Origin: an uncultured Candidatus Saccharibacteria bacterium
GTDB taxonomy: Bacteria; Patescibacteriota; Minisyncoccia; Minisyncoccales; CAZWNE01
Direction: 5' to 3'
Length of the DNA stretch: 40,418 nt
Assembly: GCA_964635155.1 (NCBI GenBank)
Contig: CAZWNE010000003.1
Location: forward strand, 1 to 40,418
Part shown: in pieces, positions 27,192-38,400 of the stretch
Layout of the letters: each line of letters starts with the position of its first letter
How positions within the stretch are numbered: position 1 is the first letter of the stretch
Translations under genes and position numbers: made by a program
The notes under the pieces: model-generated
Databases searched by the model: none
Told to the model about the DNA's origin: nothing
What the model saw: only the letters and a program-made list of their open reading frames with translations

Positions 27192-27794
27192 ATGCGAGAG
27201 CGAATGCGGTCGTATGGTAAGAAGTGGTATCTAAAAAACAGGGAGAGGATGCGATTGCTTCATAAAGAATACTATCACAAAAATAAAGCGGGCGTATCGC
27301 AATACCATAAAAAATGGTATAAAAATAATAAGGAAAAACTGTTAAAATATAGCGAGATCTATTATCAAAAAAATACAGAAAAAATACGACAACGCCATAG
27401 ATTGTATAATCAAAAAAATAAGAGAAAAATATTAAAGTATAAGGGGGAGTGGCAAAGACATATGGCGAAGACAGATCCTAAATATCGTCTTGATCAAAAT
27501 ATGGGGACAGCTCTCTGGAATTCCTTAAAAAATAAAAAAGCAGGAAAAAATTGGGAAATTTTTGTTAATTACACATTAGAAAATTTAGTAAAACATTTAG
27601 AAAAACAATTTAATAATAAAATGAACTGGAGTAATTACGGAAGCTATTGGGCAGTTGATCATATAAAACCGCGGAGTTTATTTAATTATTCTTCTCCGAA
27701 TGATCTTGGATTCAAACAATGTTGGGATTTAAAAAATCTACAACCATTAGAGAAAATAAAAAATATAATAAAAGGTAATCGTTATATTAATTAA
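27192..27794 (+). CDS. free-standing HNH homing-type endonuclease with N-terminal tandem-repeat region
   Basis: The C-terminal WAVDHIKPRSLF...NLQPLEKIKNIIKGN is an HNH motif. The N-terminus holds about 6 degenerate 15-16-aa repeats (YYxKNxEKxxxxxx). The same frame continues upstream to ATG 27078 but is broken by TAA at 27108-27110. Confidence 0.75.
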   Translation: MRERMRSYGKKWYLKNRERMRLLHKEYYHKNKAGVSQYHKKWYKNNKEKLLKYSEIYYQKNTEKIRQRHRLYNQKNKRKILKYKGEWQRHMAKTDPKYRLDQNMGTALWNSLKNKKAGKNWEIFVNYTLENLVKHLEKQFNNKMNWSNYGSYWAVDHIKPRSLFNYSSPNDLGFKQCWDLKNLQPLEKIKNIIKGNRYIN

Positions 27795-27799
27795 AAACT

Positions 27800-27997
27800 A
27801 TGCCTTGTTTTTTTTGCCAACGGAATATTAACGTAATTGATTTTAAGGACACCGACCTATTAAGAAGGTTTCTTTCGGGTTTAGCTAAAATACGTTCAAG
27901 AAAAAAAACGGGAAATTGCGCCACCCACCAGAGAAAGCTGGCCAACGCAGTAAAAAGAGCCAGGCATATGGGCCTACTTCCCCACACCGTAAAATAA
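27800..27997 (+). CDS. rpsR: 30S ribosomal protein S18
   Basis: CFFCQRNINVIDFKDTDLLRRFLS...KIRSRKKTGNCATHQRKLANAVKRARHMGLLP. Confidence 0.92.
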   Translation: MPCFFCQRNINVIDFKDTDLLRRFLSGLAKIRSRKKTGNCATHQRKLANAVKRARHMGLLPHTVK

Positions 27998-27999
27998 AA

Positions 28000-28023
28000 A
28001 TACCCCGCCGGGGTATTTTTTTT
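28000..28023. terminator. bidirectional terminator between rpsR and recA
   Basis: ATACCCC-GCC-GGGGTAT flanked by an A-run upstream and a T-run downstream. Confidence 0.65.
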
Positions 28024-29041
28024 ATGGACTCAGTTTGTAAGCCAGTATCGCTTTTTTTATTTTTTCCAAAATCGCCGGATTTTCTTTTAAAAATACTTTA
28101 GCGCCCTCCAGGCCTTGGCCGATTTTCGTATCTTCATACTGAAGCCAGCTGCCTGCTTTTTTAATCAACTCCAATCTTAAGCCGGTATTGACGATATCGG
28201 CTATTCTGGAAATTCCTTCATTGTAATAAATATCAAACTCCGTGGTTTTAAAAGGGGCGGCCACTTTATTTTTGACAATTTTGGCTTTCACTCGATTTCC
28301 AATAATTTCCTCGCCATGCTTTATCTGGGCGGTTCTCCTTAATTCAATTCTCACGGAAGCATAAAATTTTAAAGCCAAGCCCCCGGGAGTTGTTTCCGGA
28401 TTGCCGAACATAATTCCCACCTTCATCCTGATTTGATTTAAAAATATAACGACTGTTTTAGTTCTAGAAATAATGCCGGAAAGCTTTCTCAAGGCCTGCG
28501 ACATTAAGCGGGCTTGAAGCCCTATCTGGAACTCCCCGACTTCGCCGGAAATTTCAGCTTGGGGAACCAAAGCCGCCACAGAGTCCACCACAATAACATC
28601 AATTTCGCCCGATTTTACCAGCGTCTCTACAATCTGCAGGGCCTGCTCGCCAGAATCCGGCTGGGAAATCAATAAATCGTCAATATTGACTCCGATTCTT
28701 CTCGCATAATCTGGATCCAAAGCATGCTCGGCATCGACAAAAGCGCCGACCCCTCCCTTTTTCTGGGCTTCGGCCAAAATATGAAGAGCCAAAGTGGTTT
28801 TGCCGGCAGATTCATTCCCAAAAATTTCCACGACCCTGCCCCTGGGCACTCCCCCGACTCCTAAAGCCAAGTCTATTGAAATAGCGCCAGTCGGAATCAC
28901 ATCAACATCAACAGCCCTGACATCTTTTAGTTTCATGATCGCGCCCTCGCCAAAACGCTGTTTGATTTCTTCAACCGCATCTTTTAAATCCTTTGGTTCC
29001 TCTTTAATTGAAGTTTCTTCTTTTTTCATATTTTTTGCCAT
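28022..29041 (-). CDS. recA: recombinase RecA
   Basis: 339 aa with Walker [11 protein letters not shown] and [10 protein letters not shown]. It is colinear with RecA, so no intein. Confidence 0.97.
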   Translation of the reverse strand: MAKNMKKEETSIKEEPKDLKDAVEEIKQRFGEGAIMKLKDVRAVDVDVIPTGAISIDLALGVGGVPRGRVVEIFGNESAGKTTLALHILAEAQKKGGVGAFVDAEHALDPDYARRIGVNIDDLLISQPDSGEQALQIVETLVKSGEIDVIVVDSVAALVPQAEISGEVGEFQIGLQARLMSQALRKLSGIISRTKTVVIFLNQIRMKVGIMFGNPETTPGGLALKFYASVRIELRRTAQIKHGEEIIGNRVKAKIVKNKVAAPFKTTEFDIYYNEGISRIADIVNTGLRLELIKKAGSWLQYEDTKIGQGLEGAKVFLKENPAILEKIKKAILAYKLSP

Positions 29042-31224
29042 TCTTTATCTTCGTCAGATTCGTTATTATTTATCGGCGAAACCGGCAAGCCGCTCGGCTC
29101 GCTGGCAAAACGGACTTCCCGAGGCTTAGCCCCGTCTGAAGGGCCCACTATGCCCTTATCTTCCAGCATATCTAATAATCTGGCCGCTCTGGCATAACCG
29201 ATCCTCAACCTCCTCTGCAAAAGAGAGGCTGACGCCTTTCTGGCTTCCATAACTTGTCTTTTAGCTTCTTCATAAAGAGGGTCTTGGCCGTAAAATCCGT
29301 CGAACTCCGATTCTTGCGTCTCCAAGGCTCGGCTTAAATCTTCGGACATCTGATTTTCTAAAACTCCTTCTTCTATTTTTTCCACTGCCAATTTGGCGTT
29401 CGCCTCATTAATCCATTCTACCGTTTTTTTCACTTCTTTTTCCGAAACATAAGCGCCCTGAATTCTTTTTGGTTTTATAACTTCAGCCGACAAAAATAAA
29501 AGATCTCCTGCTCCCAACAATTTTTCTGCGCCGGCAGCGTCCAAAACCGTTCTTGAATCAACTTGAGAAGCAACCTGAAATGTTATTCTGGAAGTGATAT
29601 TGGCCTTAATCAAACCGGTAATCACTTCCACCGACGGCCGCTGGGTAGCCAAGACCAAATGAATGCCTACGGCTCTGGCCATTTGGGCCAACCTGACTAT
29701 TCCTGCTTCCATTTCTTTGCCCCTAGCAGCCATTAAATCGGCCAACTCGTCGACAACCAAAACAATATAGGGCAGAGGCGGAATCTCTTTTTTAAAAGCA
29801 ACTTCATTGTAACCCTTAATATCCCTTGTCCTTTCGGCTGATAAAGCATTAAATCTTCTTTCCATTTCTCCGATCAGCCATTTTAAGGCGTTAATGGTTT
29901 TTTGGGGGTCTAAAATTACCGGACATAATAAATGGGGCAAATCGTTGTAAACCGGGAACTCCACCCTTTTCGGGTCAACCATAATCAGCCGGAGCGTTTC
30001 GGGCGAGTTGCGATAAAGAAGAGACATAATTAGAGAATTCAAAAATATGGTTTTGCCGGTGCCCGTTGATCCGGCTACCAATAAATGAGGCATTTTTGCC
30101 AAATCGGCATATGTCGGATTGCCCGACACATCATTCCCCAAACATAAAGCCAAGTTTGCCGCCGAATTTTGGAATTGAGAATTAGAAATTAAATTTTTAA
30201 GCCTGACCTGAACTCGAACTTTATTGGGAACTTCAACGCCAACTAATGCTTTTCCGGGAATAGGGGCCTCGATTCTGATGGGGTGATTAGCCAAAGCTAA
30301 AGCTAAATCATTGGAAAGAGTGGTAATCTTGGCAAGTTTGATGCCGTCAGCCGGTTTTAAGGTGTATTGAGTAACGGTCGGACCGATGTTTATTTCTGAC
30401 ATTTCCACGGGAATATTAAAATTTTCCAGGGTCTTTTTAATTATGGCCGAATTCATTCTAATGTCGCCGGCTGAAGGCACACCCCTGTCTCCCTCTAACA
30501 AGTCAAGGGGCGGAATTTGATATTTATATTTTGGCAAAATCGTTCCTGCCGCCTTTTTTGACAAAACAGCTGGAGCCGTCTCAGAAGGGGCTTTTATTGC
30601 CGAGGGTTCAGACCCCGGCTCAATCTCGTGTATTTTAAATTTTGGTAAAAATAATTTTTTGATGAATGACGTCTTGGCGGATTCTGAAAATTGAACCGCT
30701 TTTTGAGTTTCTTTCTCTTTGCTTTTTTTCGGCCAGGGCTGGCCCAAAAGATGCCAGAAAATCAAAGTTCCGACGAGTATAACCCCGGCAAAAATAATTT
30801 CGGAAACCCAAAAACCAAAAAATTTTAAAAATGGCTTAGAAGCCAGGCCTAAATATCCCCCGAATTTTAAATCGGGGTTTAAAATTTCAAAGAGAGCGGA
30901 AATTCCCAAAATTAAAAGAAAAGCGCCGATGAACGCCCCTCTTAACAATTTATTATACGGAGAAAGAATAAAAATTAATCCCCCTAAAGCCAATATCAGG
31001 GGCAGAAGAAAAATCGTCCGGCCTAACGCTATATTCAGGCCCTGAAAAATTATGCTTCCGGCTAATCCCGCCCGGTTAAAAAAACTGAAAATAACGATTA
31101 TTGCCAAAAGGAAAACAATCATACCGAAAATCTGCTGTTTTACTTTTTGCGCCAAGCCAAATAAATTGCTTTCCTTTTTTTCTCCGCCGTTCTTTTTCTT
31201 GTTTTTAGCTTTCCTTGACATCAA
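29026..31224 (-). CDS. ftsK: DNA translocase FtsK
   Basis: 732 aa with N-terminal TM helices, Walker [19 protein letters not shown] and a gamma-domain winged helix ([28 protein letters not shown]). The 3' end overlaps recA by 16 nt. Confidence 0.93.
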   Translation of the reverse strand: MMSRKAKNKKKNGGEKKESNLFGLAQKVKQQIFGMIVFLLAIIVIFSFFNRAGLAGSIIFQGLNIALGRTIFLLPLILALGGLIFILSPYNKLLRGAFIGAFLLILGISALFEILNPDLKFGGYLGLASKPFLKFFGFWVSEIIFAGVILVGTLIFWHLLGQPWPKKSKEKETQKAVQFSESAKTSFIKKLFLPKFKIHEIEPGSEPSAIKAPSETAPAVLSKKAAGTILPKYKYQIPPLDLLEGDRGVPSAGDIRMNSAIIKKTLENFNIPVEMSEINIGPTVTQYTLKPADGIKLAKITTLSNDLALALANHPIRIEAPIPGKALVGVEVPNKVRVQVRLKNLISNSQFQNSAANLALCLGNDVSGNPTYADLAKMPHLLVAGSTGTGKTIFLNSLIMSLLYRNSPETLRLIMVDPKRVEFPVYNDLPHLLCPVILDPQKTINALKWLIGEMERRFNALSAERTRDIKGYNEVAFKKEIPPLPYIVLVVDELADLMAARGKEMEAGIVRLAQMARAVGIHLVLATQRPSVEVITGLIKANITSRITFQVASQVDSRTVLDAAGAEKLLGAGDLLFLSAEVIKPKRIQGAYVSEKEVKKTVEWINEANAKLAVEKIEEGVLENQMSEDLSRALETQESEFDGFYGQDPLYEEAKRQVMEARKASASLLQRRLRIGYARAARLLDMLEDKGIVGPSDGAKPREVRFASEPSGLPVSPINNNESDEDKEWQKI

Positions 31225-31264
31225 TTTTATTATACTATTTTCTCCCTTTTTTAACAGCTTCTGA

Positions 31265-31287
31265 GTTGCTTAACCTGGTTGAGCAAC
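31265..31287. repeat. palindrome family 2 copy, between the GNAT gene and the ftsK start
   Basis: GTTGCTTAAC-CTG-GTTGAGCAAC, with one arm mismatch (G-T on the plus strand). Confidence 0.75.
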
Positions 31288-31295
31288 CTTTGATT

Positions 31296-31838
31296 TTACA
31301 AATATCGAAGCATAACTATTTCATCATATAACTTACCTTGGAATTCTCTTTGATTAGGGATGGAAGCCACTTTTTTAAAGTTATATTTTTTGTAAAGATT
31401 AATAGCTGGTTTATTGATGGGAAAAACATCCAATTTCAAAATCTTCGGTTTTGGTTTCAATTTTTTCTTCGCTAATTCTATCACTTCGCCCATCAAATAA
31501 GTTCCCAGGCCAATTCCGCGATAACCTTTTTTTATAACGATCCCAAAATTACCGACATGCTCTCCCCTGCCTTCATTCAAGAAAATCTGAGTAGTACCAA
31601 CTACCATATCGTTAGCTTCCGCTATTAAATAAATCGATCTGTGGCTTTTCATTCCTTTCAATTGTTCTTCCAAAAATTTCTTTTCCTGCGTCAATGAAAG
31701 CTTTTTATTAAGGTTAATTAAAGCCCCTTCTTTAATCACAGAATTAATATAAGTTTGGAATTTTCTAATATTCCCGATGTCTTTCTTAGAAAATTCCCTT
31801 ATTGTTATTTTTTCTCCATCAAAAATTTTAGTTTTCAT
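31296..31838 (-). CDS. GNAT-family N-acetyltransferase
   Basis: 180 aa with the acetyl-CoA binding block KKGYRGIGLGTYLMGEVIELAKK and NKPAINLYKKYNFKK. Confidence 0.8.
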   Translation of the reverse strand: MKTKIFDGEKITIREFSKKDIGNIRKFQTYINSVIKEGALINLNKKLSLTQEKKFLEEQLKGMKSHRSIYLIAEANDMVVGTTQIFLNEGRGEHVGNFGIVIKKGYRGIGLGTYLMGEVIELAKKKLKPKPKILKLDVFPINKPAINLYKKYNFKKVASIPNQREFQGKLYDEIVMLRYL

Positions 31839-31852
31839 ATATTAATTCTACC

Positions 31853-31875
31853 AAAAAATCGCCCTTTAAGCGATT
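31853..31875 (-). terminator. intrinsic terminator after rpoC
   Basis: The minus strand reads AATCGC-TTAAAGG-GCGATT followed by TTTTGG. Confidence 0.5.
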
Positions 31876-31888
31876 CTTGGCCTATTGA

Positions 31889-31911
31889 GTTGCTTAGCCT
31901 AGTTAAGCAAC
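31889..31911. repeat. palindrome family 2 copy, between the rpoC stop and the GNAT gene
   Basis: GTTGCTTAGC-CTA-GTTAAGCAAC, with one arm mismatch (G-T on the plus strand). Confidence 0.75.
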
Positions 31912-31918
31912 TGCCCAG

Positions 31919-34900
31919 TTATGGTTTTTTGAAACCGGAGCCGGCGGGAATGAATTTTCCGATAATGACATTTTCCTTTAACCCCCGCAGTTTATCCTCC
32001 TTGCCCTCCAAAGCGGCTTTAATCAAAATCCTGGATGTCTCTTGGAAAGAAGCCGATGACAAAAATGAACTAGTAGTTAAAGAAACCCTGGAAATACCCA
32101 ATAAAATCTGAATGGCTTTGGCTGGCGTTTTCCCCTCTTTTTTTAATCTGATATTTTCTTCCAAAAAGTCCCCCTTTTCAACTACTTCTCCTGGAGTATA
32201 AGAACTCGAGCCCGCGTCTTTCACCCTGACTCTGGCAAACATTTGGCGGACAATAACTTCAATATGCTTATCGTGAATAGGCGCTCCTTGAGAAACGTAA
32301 ATCTTTTGAATTTCTTTAACTATTTGGCGCTGAACGACTTCTTTGCCAGTAAGCGAGAAGAGTTCCCTCAAATCAATATTTCCCTCCCAAAGGGGCTGTC
32401 CCTTTTGAACCTTATCTTTTTCTTTCACTAAAATACCCGCATTACCAGGCGCCTTGTATTCGTTAATTTCCTTTGGCGATTTTATCTTAATAATCCTGTC
32501 TGGCGTAATTTCAACAACTTCGCCATCTTCCTTGGCAATTTCAACTTTTCCACCAGGACTCCGCATTTCAAAAATTTCCTGGACCCGGGGCAAACCGAAA
32601 GTGATGTCCCCGCCGCCAGCTACCCCGCCCGTATGGAAAGTTTTCATTGTCAATTGGGTGCCCGGTTCTCCGATAGCTTGGGCGGCCACAATCCCGACGG
32701 CCTCGCCGATATTGATTAATTTATTATTTCCTAAATCCCAGCCGTAGCATGTTTGGCAAACGCCCCGCATGGATTTGCAGCTCAAAGGCGAGCGCACCCT
32801 GACCGTCTTAACGTCTGAATCCATAATCTTTTTCCCTTTTTCCCAATCAATAATTTCTCCCTGTTTGACTATTCCCTTGATATTCTCCGACGCCGTCCGG
32901 CTGACAATTTTCAAAAGAAAATTCTGGCCAAGTTCTTGAGCATCGCTTTTTAAAATTTCCGTTCCTGTTTTATCTTTGCAATCATGCTCAAGCACGATCA
33001 CTTCATGAGCAACATCAACTAACCTGCGGGTCAAATATCCGGCCGTGGAGGTTCTTAAAGCCGTATCGGCTGTTCCCTTTCTGGCCCCGTGGGTAGAAAT
33101 AAAATACTCCAAAACGGCAAACCCTTCTTTGTAGCAATTCTTTACAGGTAATTCGATAATCTGACCCATGGGATTTATAACCAAACCTTTCATGCCGGTC
33201 ATCTGAACCACCTGCGACCAGGAACCCCTGGCCCCAGCATCAATAATTTGGAAAACCGGGCAATCTTCGCTCAAGGTCTTGGGCACTAATTTTTCAATAT
33301 CCGATTTCACTTTTGTCCAAATTTCAATTATTTTCTGCCGTTTCTCTTCGGGAGATAAAAGCCCTTTTTGAAAATGCGATTCCATGGCCTCCACTTTTTT
33401 CTGGGCTTCCTGCAAAATCATTTCTTTCTCGGGAGGAACAATTAAATCATCGATTCCCCAGCTGATTCCAGACAAAGTAGAATATTCAAACCCCAAATTT
33501 TTAATTTTGTCCAAAACGTCCTCAATTTCTTGGGCATCGTATCGTCCGATAACTTCGGCCACGATTCTTTCTAAGTCCTTAACTTTGATTAATTGGTTCT
33601 GGAAGGGAAAATCATCTGGCAATGTTTCATTAAATAATAATCTTCCTAAAGATGTTTCCACTAATTCATTTTTCAATCTAACCTTGATTCTCGCCTTGAT
33701 ATCAATATCTCCGAATTCATAAGCTATGATCGCTTCATTGATATTGTTAAAAACCTTCCCTTGGCCCCTGGCCATCTCTTTAATTTTTGTCAGCCAATAA
33801 CAGCCAAGGCCGATATCCTGGTACAAAGTAACGCTGGGGGTTCCGGCGGCGGGCTTCAATAAATTCAAAGACGCCAGCATTTTTTCTTTGGCCTCTTTTT
33901 GGGCCAAGGTGGATAATGGCAAGTGAACCGCCATCTGATCGCCGTCGAAGTCGGCATTAAACGCCTTGCAAACCATGGGATGGATTCTGATTGTTTTTCC
34001 TTCAATTAAAATCGGCTCAAACGCCTGAATGCCCAAACGATGCAGGGTGGGCGCCCGGTTGATAATCACTAATTTGTCTTTGACCACTTCCTCTAAAATC
34101 GCCCAAACTTCGTCGGTTTCGTCTTCAATCAAATGCGAAGCGCTTCTAACGTTATAAGCCAATTCTCTTTCCAGAATTTTTTTAATGACAAACGGCTTGA
34201 AAATCTCCAGAGCCATTTGCTTTGGCACGCCCACCTGATTCAATTTCAATTCCGGCCCCACCACGATTACCGACCTTCCTGAATAGTCCACGCGTTTTCC
34301 TAAAAGATTCTGGCGAAATCGTCCCTGTTTTCCTTTTAGAATATCGGCTAAAGATTTTAACAAGCGCTTGCCGCCCGTCGTAGCTTGAGTCGTCGTGCCC
34401 TTCCTCATCGTGTTGTCAATCATGGCGTCGACGGCTTCTTGCAGCATTCTTTTTTCGTTTCTGACAATAACGTCAGGCGCTCCGATTTCCAAAAGATATT
34501 TCAATCGGTTATTCCTGTTGATGACTCGCCGGTAAAGATCGTTTAAATCCGAAGAGGCGTACCTGCCGCCGTCTAACTGAACGATAGGCCGCAAATCAGG
34601 AGGCAAGACGGGCAAAACGGTAAAAAACATCCATTCGGGCCTGATGTTGTTTTTAAGCATGGCCCTTAACATTTTTAATCTCAATAAAATTTTTCTTAAG
34701 GTCAAAGGGTTTTCCGCTCCCTCTAACGCCTTTTCCGCCAAAGCTATCTCTTTTTTCAAATCAACTTTTTCAAAAATTTTTCTTAAGGCCTCCGACCCGG
34801 TTCCGGCCTCAAAAACTTCGCCGTATTTCAAGGCTAAATTTTGATAACTGACCTCCGAAAGAACCTTTAACGGCTTTAAAGACATCAGCTCTTCTTTGGC

Positions 34901-35452
34901 TTTATTTTTGGCCTCGCCAAGCTCTAATAAAGATTTATTCAGATTCTTTTTATTTTTTTCCCTGGCTTTTAGCCCCCTAATTTTTGTCTTATACTCTTTT
35001 TCAATTTCCTCAAGCAATTTCTTTTTTGCGTCTTCATTGACTTTAGTAACAACATAAGAAGCGAAATAAATCACTTTTTCCAACTGCTGCATCGGCAAAT
35101 CCAAGACCATGCCTATTCTGGAAGGAACTCCCCGTAAAAACCAAATATGGGAAACCGGCGTGGCCAACTTTATGTGCCCCATTCTTTCCCTTCTGACATT
35201 GGCCTTAGTTACCTCCACTCCGCAACGGTCGCAAATAATGCCTTTATATCTGATTCTTTTATATTTTCCGCAATAACATTCGTAGTCCTTTTCCGGCCCG
35301 AAAATTTTCTCGCAAAAAAGACCATCTTTTTCCGAACGCTGGGTTCGATAATTGATGGTTTCGGGCTTTAATACTTCGCCATGCGACCATGACAAAATAT
35401 CCTCGGGCGAGGCGATTTTTATTCTGATAGATTCTAAATCTTCTACGCGCAT
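31919..35452 (-). CDS. rpoC: DNA-directed RNA polymerase subunit beta'
   Basis: 1177 aa with a zinc-binding CYCGKYK...CDRCGVEV and the catalytic NADFDGDQMAVH. Confidence 0.97.
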   Translation of the reverse strand: MRVEDLESIRIKIASPEDILSWSHGEVLKPETINYRTQRSEKDGLFCEKIFGPEKDYECYCGKYKRIRYKGIICDRCGVEVTKANVRRERMGHIKLATPVSHIWFLRGVPSRIGMVLDLPMQQLEKVIYFASYVVTKVNEDAKKKLLEEIEKEYKTKIRGLKAREKNKKNLNKSLLELGEAKNKAKEELMSLKPLKVLSEVSYQNLALKYGEVFEAGTGSEALRKIFEKVDLKKEIALAEKALEGAENPLTLRKILLRLKMLRAMLKNNIRPEWMFFTVLPVLPPDLRPIVQLDGGRYASSDLNDLYRRVINRNNRLKYLLEIGAPDVIVRNEKRMLQEAVDAMIDNTMRKGTTTQATTGGKRLLKSLADILKGKQGRFRQNLLGKRVDYSGRSVIVVGPELKLNQVGVPKQMALEIFKPFVIKKILERELAYNVRSASHLIEDETDEVWAILEEVVKDKLVIINRAPTLHRLGIQAFEPILIEGKTIRIHPMVCKAFNADFDGDQMAVHLPLSTLAQKEAKEKMLASLNLLKPAAGTPSVTLYQDIGLGCYWLTKIKEMARGQGKVFNNINEAIIAYEFGDIDIKARIKVRLKNELVETSLGRLLFNETLPDDFPFQNQLIKVKDLERIVAEVIGRYDAQEIEDVLDKIKNLGFEYSTLSGISWGIDDLIVPPEKEMILQEAQKKVEAMESHFQKGLLSPEEKRQKIIEIWTKVKSDIEKLVPKTLSEDCPVFQIIDAGARGSWSQVVQMTGMKGLVINPMGQIIELPVKNCYKEGFAVLEYFISTHGARKGTADTALRTSTAGYLTRRLVDVAHEVIVLEHDCKDKTGTEILKSDAQELGQNFLLKIVSRTASENIKGIVKQGEIIDWEKGKKIMDSDVKTVRVRSPLSCKSMRGVCQTCYGWDLGNNKLINIGEAVGIVAAQAIGEPGTQLTMKTFHTGGVAGGGDITFGLPRVQEIFEMRSPGGKVEIAKEDGEVVEITPDRIIKIKSPKEINEYKAPGNAGILVKEKDKVQKGQPLWEGNIDLRELFSLTGKEVVQRQIVKEIQKIYVSQGAPIHDKHIEVIVRQMFARVRVKDAGSSSYTPGEVVEKGDFLEENIRLKKEGKTPAKAIQILLGISRVSLTTSSFLSSASFQETSRILIKAALEGKEDKLRGLKENVIIGKFIPAGSGFKKP

Positions 35453-35466
35453 ATTAAGTCCGCTAA

Positions 35467-38400
35467 TTATTCTTTTTCTTTATTCTTCTCTTTAACTTCA
35501 ACTGATAATCCCATGGCTTTTAACTCATTTACCAAAAGATTAAAAGATGCCGGTAAATTTGGCTCCTTTATTTCTTCTCCCTTAAGGATTGATTCGTAAG
35601 TGGCGGCTCTCCCCTGGACATCATCGGATTTAATGGTCAGCATTTCTTGCAAAATATGGGCGGAGCCATAACCCTCCAAAGCCCAAACCTCCATTTCACC
35701 GAATCTCTGGCCGCCAAATTGGGCCTTTCCTCCCAAAGGCTGCTGGGTAATTAAAGAATAGGGCCCGATTGATCTCATATGGATTTTATCTTCCACCATA
35801 TGGATAAGCTTCATCATATACATATCGCCTATGGTAATTCTTTCGGGAAAGGCAAGCCCTGTTCTACCGTCAAATAATTTTGTCTTGCCATCTTGAGCCA
35901 GTCCAGCCGCTTTAAATTCTTCTTTTATGTCTTTTCCCGTGGCTCCCGACAGCGAAGGAGAAACAGCATTATACCCAAGAGTTTTTGCGGCCAAGCCCAA
36001 ATGAGTTTCCAAAATCTGACCCAAGTTCATTCTGGAAGCAACGCCCATGGGATTTAAAATAATATCCACGGGAGTGCCGTCTTCTAAAAACGGCATTTCT
36101 TCTTCGGCTAGAACTTTAGAAATAACCCCTTTATTCCCATGGCGGCCAACCAACTTGTCTCCGGCTTCAATTTTTCTTAACTCTGCCACTTCCACTTCAA
36201 TTTTTTTAATTACTCCCGGATCCAATCTATGGCCCTGATCGCGGGAAAATATCTTGACCCCGATAACTCTGCCTCTTTTCCCGTGCTCCATCAATAAAGA
36301 AGTATCTTTAACGTCTCTGGCTTTTTCGCCGAAAATCGCTCTCAGCAATCTTTCTTCCGCCGTTAAATCCTGCTCGCCTTTTGGCGAAATCTTGCCAACC
36401 AAGATATCGTTAGGCCCCACTTCAGCCCCGATCCGGATGATTCCCTCTTCGTCCAAATCCTTTAATTTTTCTTCTGAAACGTTGGGTATGTCGGATGTCG
36501 TAATTTCCGGGCCTAATTTTGTTTCCCTGATATCGCAGCTAAAACTTTCTATATGAATTGAGGTATAAATATCGTCTTTGACTAATTTATCGGAAATCAA
36601 AATAGCATCTTCAAAATTTCCTCCTCTCCAGGGCACAAAAGCAACCAAAACATTCCTGCCTAAAGCCAAAAATCCTTGGGAAGTGGCGCCTCCCTCGGCT
36701 AAAATATCTCCCTTTTTCACCTTATCGCCGATTTTCACTACCGGCTTTTGATGGAAACAGGTGTATTGATTGGTCTTGCTAAAAGTTTGTAAATTGTAGA
36801 CTTTTGATTTTTGATCTTTAATTTTTGATTTTATTATAATATGATTGCCGTCAACCGCGCTCACCTTACCCTCAACATCTGATATTATTTCCTGGCCAGA
36901 GTCGCGGGCGACATTTTCTTCAGACCCTGTCATAACTAAGGGAGGTTCGGGTTTGATTAAAGGCACGGCCTGACGCTGCATATTTGAACCCATCAACGCC
37001 CGGTTGGCATCGTCATTCTGCAAGAAGGGAATTAAAGAGGTGGCTATAGATATGGCTTGTTGGGGCGAAACATCAATAAAATCAATCTTACTTTTGTCAA
37101 TTATTCCGGGCTCTCCGTTAAGCCGCGCTTCTACTTTTTGGGAAAGAATATTGCCTTTGTCGTCAAGCAAGACTCCGGCTGTGGCAATATTATACTTTTC
37201 TTCTTCGTAAGCGTTTAAATAATGAATGGCCGGCGTTACCACCCTGCTTTTCTCTACTTTGAAATAAGGCGTTTCTAAAAATCCGTAGGGATTAATCCTG
37301 GCAAAAGCCGCCATATGGCCAACTAATCCAACATTCGGGCCTTCGGGCGTTTCAATCGGACAAATTCTTCCATAGTGGGACGGCTGAACATCCCTGACTT
37401 CGAACCCCGCCCTTTCTCGGGTCAAGCCGCCCGGCCCCGTAGCTGACAATCTTCTTTTGTGTTCAAGCTCGGAAAGCGGATTTTCATTGTCCATAAACTG
37501 GGACATCTGGGAAGAAGTAAAAAATTCCTTGACAATGGCCATGATCGGCCGGGGATTGACTAATTGAATCGGCGCCATGGTCGAAGGATCTAAAGTTGAC
37601 ATCCGGTCTTTAATTATTCTCTCTAATCGCATAAATCCGACTCGCAGCCGGTTAACGAGCAATTCATTCAGCGCCCTGACCCTTCTGTTGCCCAAATGGT
37701 CAATCTGGTCTGGTCGAGCTAAGGGGTCATTATTAAGTTTGATAATTTCCCGCAAAACATTAACCACGTCTTCGGGCTTCAAAACTCGGTCTTCTACTTT
37801 AATTTCAGAATTTTGATTTTTTAATTTTAAATTCGGAAATCTTTGATTCATCCTCCACCTGCCCACTTTAGACAAGTCGTATCTTTCAAAATTAAAAAAC
37901 ATATTCCAAATCAATTCTTTGGCCGTATCCGGCGTGCTCAAATCCCCGGGCCTCAAATGGCCGTAGACCGCCACGAGCGCCTCGGCTTGGTTATGGGTAG
38001 GATCTCTTTTGAGAGTTTCTTCAATATAATCTATCTCGCCCTTATTAACGTCCTGGAATGCTTCTTTTATTTGTGAATCCTTATCTACGCCAAAAGCCCG
38101 CAAAATAGTGGTCGCCGACACCTTTCTTTTGCGGTCAATTTTCACTGAGAGCTGGCCCGATAATTCGGTTTCAAATTCAAGCCAAGCCCCTCGGTTGGGA
38201 ATTATTTTTCCTCCAAAATAATTTTTGCCTCCCTGCCTGTCGGCGGTAAAAAATGCGCCCGGCGACCTGATAAGCTGGGCGATAGCCACCCTTTCCACTC
38301 CATTAGCTACAAAAGTACCCCTTTGGGTCATCAAGGGAAAATCACACAAAAAAACTTCTTGTTCTTTTGCTTCCTTGGTTCTTAAATTGACTAATTTTGC

